The notes beneath the pieces were generated by a model that had not been told where the DNA came from, did not search any database, and was given only the letters and a program-made list of their open reading frames with translations. 64,000 bases of DNA from Giardia intestinalis (lineage: Eukaryota), in the NCBI GenBank assembly GCA_000002435.2, contig CM018793.1. One strand, written 5' to 3'. The position numbers and the translations under genes are program-made. This document shows, piece after piece, positions 59,821-64,000 of this stretch (positions are counted from its first letter, which is position 1; the number at the start of each line of letters is the position of its first letter).

Positions 59821-62097
59821 TTATTTAGAGTTTTGCCTATCAAATGATTGAAGCTCCTCCCACATGCTTGCAATCTCCGTAGCATAGCGCTTCGCAAAGA
59901 AGCGATGCTGCTTCTTCATAGACGGGGTCATGAGCTCCTGGTCCGTGCTCCAGTCAATGTCAAAGAGCCACCTGAAACACTTGGGGACACAGTAGCCTTT
60001 CAAGCCTGCACGCTTAACGAAGATGTTAGCTTCATTAGCCAGGAGAGACTTAATGGTATCTGTGTGTTCCGGTCTCTCCACATCATCAGTGCTACACTTC
60101 AGACGGTGAGCAAGCGCAGTCTTGTCCAGGACAGCGACGCAAATCGGGAACGACTTGTCACTCTGAGCATGCACGAAGACGCTTGCAAAGAGTGGGCTCT
60201 TCTCCATGGCGTCCTCAACTGCGCATATGTCAATGAATTCGCCCATGAGAGACTTCACAACCATGTTTATGCGGCGGACAAATGTGAGGGAACCGTCATC
60301 GTTGAGCCTCATCAGATCTCCCGTGTGGAAGTAGCCGTCCGCGTCCCGTAGAGGGCTCTCTGGCATCTTGTAGTACTCCTTCGCAATCCCGGGACCTTTC
60401 AAGAGAAGCTCCCCAACGCGGTGAGTCTTCAGCGAGAGCTCGCAGGTGTCGCTCTTGTCAATGAGCTTGGCTTGCATGAACGAAACGAGCTTTCCAGCGG
60501 GACTGTACTCAATTGGATCGTGTGGCAGTACACGTAGACCCACAAGACATGTCTCTGTCAAACCATACCCACATGTAATCCGAGCACCGGTGCAGAGACG
60601 CATGAATCGCCACACCTCCTGGGGGAGAGCAGAGGATCCGCTAACGATGAGCTCGAGGTGGCCCCCGAGGGCGGCTTTAATGTCCTTGAAGACGACGTTG
60701 TCGAGCCAGGGTAGTGTTCCCGTCTTAATCCAGGACCCCTCCGTGTACTCCTTCACCTTGCATGCTAGACAGAAGACAGCCTTCTTGACAAGCGACGCTT
60801 CAACCTTCACCATCACGGCGTTGTAGATCTTCTGGAGCACCCGCGGAACGGCCAGTAGGATCGTCGGCTTGGCCAGCTTGATGTCTGTGGTTAAGTTCTT
60901 TGTGTTACCAGCATAGTATGCTATCTTGCAGCCTCTGATGCTGCAGTAATGCTCGATCTCTCGCTCATAGATATGTCCTAGCGGAAGATAGGAGAGTATT
61001 GTGGTGATTCTACCAGTGATATGACTCAGCCTGTAGGGGAAAAAGGCACGCCCCATGCAGTATCCTCCCAGAATAGTCTTTTGTGTGTGAACAACGCCCT
61101 TCGGATTCCCCGAGGTTCCTGAAGTGTAGAGAATGGTATGGAGATCATCCATAGATAAAGGACAGTCCCCTACGTAGTCCAGCCCCTGTACACTGGAAAG
61201 CTCACAAGACAAAAATAGAAGCTTGTCGGTAGTGGCAGACTTCAAGGTGTCATCGGTACAAGACTGGAGGTCAAGACACTGTAGAAGCTTTTCGAGTACG
61301 GCAGCAACGGCAGTATTCTCCTCACTCACATTCGCCGTCTTCATGCGGAGGTCAGTGTTGTCAGAAAGGTTGCTAGCTGCGTCACCAGTAGAACTGTGGC
61401 TGTCAAGAAGAAAGTGAAAGGTCTTCTTTGCTTTGTAGAACGAATTACTGTTGATTCCCAATTCTGCGTCAGTGAGCTTCTCCACCTCTGCATAGAACTG
61501 TACTGCTTTACGAAGCTGTGAACCCAACTTGATATCCTCCAGAGAAGAAGTGGTCATATCAAGTAAGACAACGCGCTGTAGACTTGGACACGATGGCCAT
61601 ATTCCGAGAACCAGTGGGAGTAGCTCTGTCTGAGTGACCAGAAGGCGAACCTCTGCGTGGTTGATGCAGTACGATGTCTTGGCGGCCCCAAGGGTGTCGT
61701 AGATAGGGACGACCACTGCGCCCACGGCCGTGCACGCGAAGTCGAAAAGCAGCCAGAGGGGGGAGTTGCGTGCAAAGATGCCAACGCGGTCGCCTTTCCC
61801 AATACCAAGCTTTGTCAGGACCTTGGCGAGCTCGGTCACGTAGGAGTCTGCCTCGCCATAGGTCATGTAGGTATACTTATCGGTTACCTCCTTGACGCAC
61901 GTGGCCAGGCCAGCACGATACCCGAGGTAAGGCTCGTTTGGATAGCGTTTCATGGTTGCACGTACATTCTGTAGAATCGTTTTAGTTGTGTCTGTTTCGG
62001 CATCTTCCTGGACCGGCATGTGACTTTTTGTTGTAATAGGACACTCGTAGATGTGATACTCTCCGTTGATCAGTTCCGGCTTGCGGGGCTCACTCAT
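59821..62097 (-). CDS. Long-chain acyl-CoA synthetase (AMP-binding enzyme), 758 aa
   Basis: AMP-binding motif I is LYTSGTSGNPKGVVHTQKT. Motif II is GYGLTET. The Gly-rich adenylation region and C-terminal lid resemble ACSL enzymes. Start is a true ATG. Confidence 0.9.
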   Translation of the reverse strand: MSEPRKPELINGEYHIYECPITTKSHMPVQEDAETDTTKTILQNVRATMKRYPNEPYLGYRAGLATCVKEVTDKYTYMTYGEADSYVTELAKVLTKLGIGKGDRVGIFARNSPLWLLFDFACTAVGAVVVPIYDTLGAAKTSYCINHAEVRLLVTQTELLPLVLGIWPSCPSLQRVVLLDMTTSSLEDIKLGSQLRKAVQFYAEVEKLTDAELGINSNSFYKAKKTFHFLLDSHSSTGDAASNLSDNTDLRMKTANVSEENTAVAAVLEKLLQCLDLQSCTDDTLKSATTDKLLFLSCELSSVQGLDYVGDCPLSMDDLHTILYTSGTSGNPKGVVHTQKTILGGYCMGRAFFPYRLSHITGRITTILSYLPLGHIYEREIEHYCSIRGCKIAYYAGNTKNLTTDIKLAKPTILLAVPRVLQKIYNAVMVKVEASLVKKAVFCLACKVKEYTEGSWIKTGTLPWLDNVVFKDIKAALGGHLELIVSGSSALPQEVWRFMRLCTGARITCGYGLTETCLVGLRVLPHDPIEYSPAGKLVSFMQAKLIDKSDTCELSLKTHRVGELLLKGPGIAKEYYKMPESPLRDADGYFHTGDLMRLNDDGSLTFVRRINMVVKSLMGEFIDICAVEDAMEKSPLFASVFVHAQSDKSFPICVAVLDKTALAHRLKCSTDDVERPEHTDTIKSLLANEANIFVKRAGLKGYCVPKCFRWLFDIDWSTDQELMTPSMKKQHRFFAKRYATEIASMWEELQSFDRQNSK

Positions 62098-62135
62098 ATG
62101 ATAGATTTTTTTTTCGCGTAAGGCAAGTATCGTGT

Positions 62136-64000
62136 TTACTTCTTTATCAAGTAGACGATTAAAACGGCCGCAAATGCAAGTGCAACAATAGGAAGCATGC
62201 TTCCTCCTTGAGAAACCTGGGGGGTGGCCGGCTGCTGTGCGACAGGAGCAGCTGGCACAGGAGAGGCAGCTCTGGGGGCTGGGGCAGCGACAACAGAAGG
62301 CTGAGGCTCCACGACAGGTGCGGGTGGCTGGATGGTGACTACCGGCTGAGGAACTGGAGGCGTCGTTATGGGTTGCACAGACTCTGGAAGAGGCTCTTGT
62401 AGAGGAGGTTCATCAACCACAGAGGATGGAGCAGCCGGGAGTACAGGTTCCGGCGCTATGTTATGGACGACAGTAGGCGTAGCCTTCAGAACTGGCTTGG
62501 GGACAGGAGACTCACGCGTGACGGGCTGGTACTCCGGCTCAGGCGAAGCAACTCCATCCAGCTCCTCCTCGTTATAGTCATCGAGACGCTGCTGCTGAAT
62601 AGCCCCTTCCTCATAATGGCGCATAATCTCCAGTTTGTCGTTCTTAATTTCTTCATTAATAGCATCTGCTGTGTTCCCATCAATACATATGCTGTGCGTC
62701 GTGTAACGAGTGGACGAGGCGTGACCTGTGGCGTGGTTGAGCGATAGCTCTGCCGCCTTTTGGCTTTTGCTGGGGTCGAAGACGCTGAAATCGATGCCCT
62801 CCTCTTCCGCGAGTAGAGCCCTGGCTCTTTCAGGGTCAAAGTCATTGCCATAGAGAGGGAGAAGGATGGTTGTGTCCTCGGTGTCCATGTCCTCCTCTAT
62901 TATGGTAATGGTTAGATTTAGTTGATAACCTGTTTCTGCGTTGCCTGTGTGCGAGTACGACTTCACCTTATGACGCTCAGAAGAGTCGGTAAAATGCCAG
63001 TGGTCCTTGGAGTACTCCGAAAAGATGTCTTCATAACGAGGATGGAAAGACCAATACTTTGTGGGAAGATCTGAGTGGATGTACTCTATGCGATCGCGCA
63101 TCAAGAGGACGATGGATCGCTTTGAGCGATCGATCATATAGCGATTTATTGGGTACTGATAGGTCTTATCGATTAAAATAAACCGATCCTTAGGGACGTC
63201 CATAGACCCAAAGGCCCAGAGTCCGGCATTATTCTTATTCTTAGACTTGACTACTATGAGAATGATATAGGTGGTGGAGAATGCCACTGAAACGATCTCC
63301 GTATCCCCACCCTGCAGCTTTTGTGGCAGGTGGATAGCACGCTCCAGCCCGCCCATGTAATATAGATTAACGCACTTCGCGTCTTTTGTTTTTGCCTTGC
63401 TGTTGGTAGCTGTTACAAAGTAGAGCAGGTCTGGCGACGAGTCAAACACAGGGTACGTCCTGGCTTCTGTGGCTATGAAATTTGTCTGCAGAAGGCTGGC
63501 GTTGTCTCGTTCCAGACCAGCAACTCGTGGGCGCTGATGAAGGCTCAAATTGGTTATTGCTGCGGCAGGCCCATTCCCCTCGTAGACGAAGGAGCTATAA
63601 AAATCGAAGTAATCTCTGTACGAATAGCGCTCTATTTTGTTGATAAAGAGGGGACTCGGTGTGATATCACCAAGCTTCAGTTTGTATTCAATCAGTGTGA
63701 AGGGGGCTGCAGAGGAAGAGGAGCTCTTGAATATAGCTCTGAGGATGTTGAAGCTCAGCTGGAACCCAGATGATGTGTTCTCATAAATATTTGAGGTAGT
63801 AGGGTCAACTCCGTGGATCGTGTCGGTATTGTGAGAAGTCAGAGACTCTGGCTCGCTGATGGTAAGGCTCAAGGGGGCACCCTGCACTTGTAGGATGCCC
63901 TGCTTGTCTGCGCGGCTCAGGTTCGTCACGGAAAGAAAGATTCCCTTCTTGGTTGCGTAAGCAAAAACAACAAAGGCTGAGGAAACGGCCAACTTCAGGA
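62136..64000 (-). CDS. Type-I membrane protein with Pro/Val/Gln-rich stalk and C-terminal TM anchor, partial (N-terminus probably beyond window end)
   Basis: The ORF runs to the window edge. The track start 63992 is TTG, not ATG. The N-terminal segment AVSSAFVVFAYA is signal-peptide-like. The C-terminus is PVPQPVVTIQPPAPVVEPQPSVVAAPAP...MLPIVALAFAAVLIVYLIKK, a TM helix with a 2-4 residue tail. Confidence 0.6.
   Translation of the reverse strand, partial: LKLAVSSAFVVFAYATKKGIFLSVTNLSRADKQGILQVQGAPLSLTISEPESLTSHNTDTIHGVDPTTSNIYENTSSGFQLSFNILRAIFKSSSSSAAPFTLIEYKLKLGDITPSPLFINKIERYSYRDYFDFYSSFVYEGNGPAAAITNLSLHQRPRVAGLERDNASLLQTNFIATEARTYPVFDSSPDLLYFVTATNSKAKTKDAKCVNLYYMGGLERAIHLPQKLQGGDTEIVSVAFSTTYIILIVVKSKNKNNAGLWAFGSMDVPKDRFILIDKTYQYPINRYMIDRSKRSIVLLMRDRIEYIHSDLPTKYWSFHPRYEDIFSEYSKDHWHFTDSSERHKVKSYSHTGNAETGYQLNLTITIIEEDMDTEDTTILLPLYGNDFDPERARALLAEEEGIDFSVFDPSKSQKAAELSLNHATGHASSTRYTTHSICIDGNTADAINEEIKNDKLEIMRHYEEGAIQQQRLDDYNEEELDGVASPEPEYQPVTRESPVPKPVLKATPTVVHNIAPEPVLPAAPSSVVDEPPLQEPLPESVQPITTPPVPQPVVTIQPPAPVVEPQPSVVAAPAPRAASPVPAAPVAQQPATPQVSQGGSMLPIVALAFAAVLIVYLIKK

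Overview
The window looks like nuclear DNA from Giardia intestinalis (lamblia) or a very close relative. Three things in the sequence point there. One ORF is a variant-specific surface protein ending in the CRGKA tail. Several ORFs carry Protein 21.1-type ankyrin repeats. Genes are intron-free and packed on both strands, with AT-rich initiators directly at the ATG and intergenic spacers of tens of bp. About 30 protein-coding genes can be supported. They include a giant polytopic membrane protein (C-terminus beyond the window), an ABCA-type full ABC transporter, an SDR reductase, a VSP, Maf1, MOB1, TFIIH p34/Tfb4, an MSH6-like MutS homolog and a Dmc1/Rad51 recombinase. Also present are Trm112, an NHP2/L7Ae-fold protein, Elf1, Sac1 phosphoinositide phosphatase, a long-chain acyl-CoA synthetase, an Sfi1-repeat giant protein, three ankyrin (Protein 21.1) genes, a tail-anchored SNARE, an RPA2-like OB-fold protein, a TAF6-like protein and several hypotheticals. 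The most unusual features are listed here. First, a ~5.6 kb GC-rich island (21125-26777) holds only the VSP gene and is otherwise ORF-free on both flanks. Second, a perfect 243-bp tandem repeat lies inside the VSP gene. Third, a 62-aa metallothionein-like Cys-rich ORF (23% Cys, no aromatics or His) sits about 4 kb from a papain-fold ORF that resembles the phytochelatin synthase catalytic core. Fourth, Elf1 carries a second zinc-ribbon and acidic extension. Fifth, a DxExNPGP 2A-like motif occurs in a hypothetical protein. The supplied ORF track uses alternative start codons (TTG/GTG) shown as M. Several gene starts were therefore moved to the first in-frame ATG. No rRNA, tRNA, CRISPR array or transposon could be supported from the sequence.
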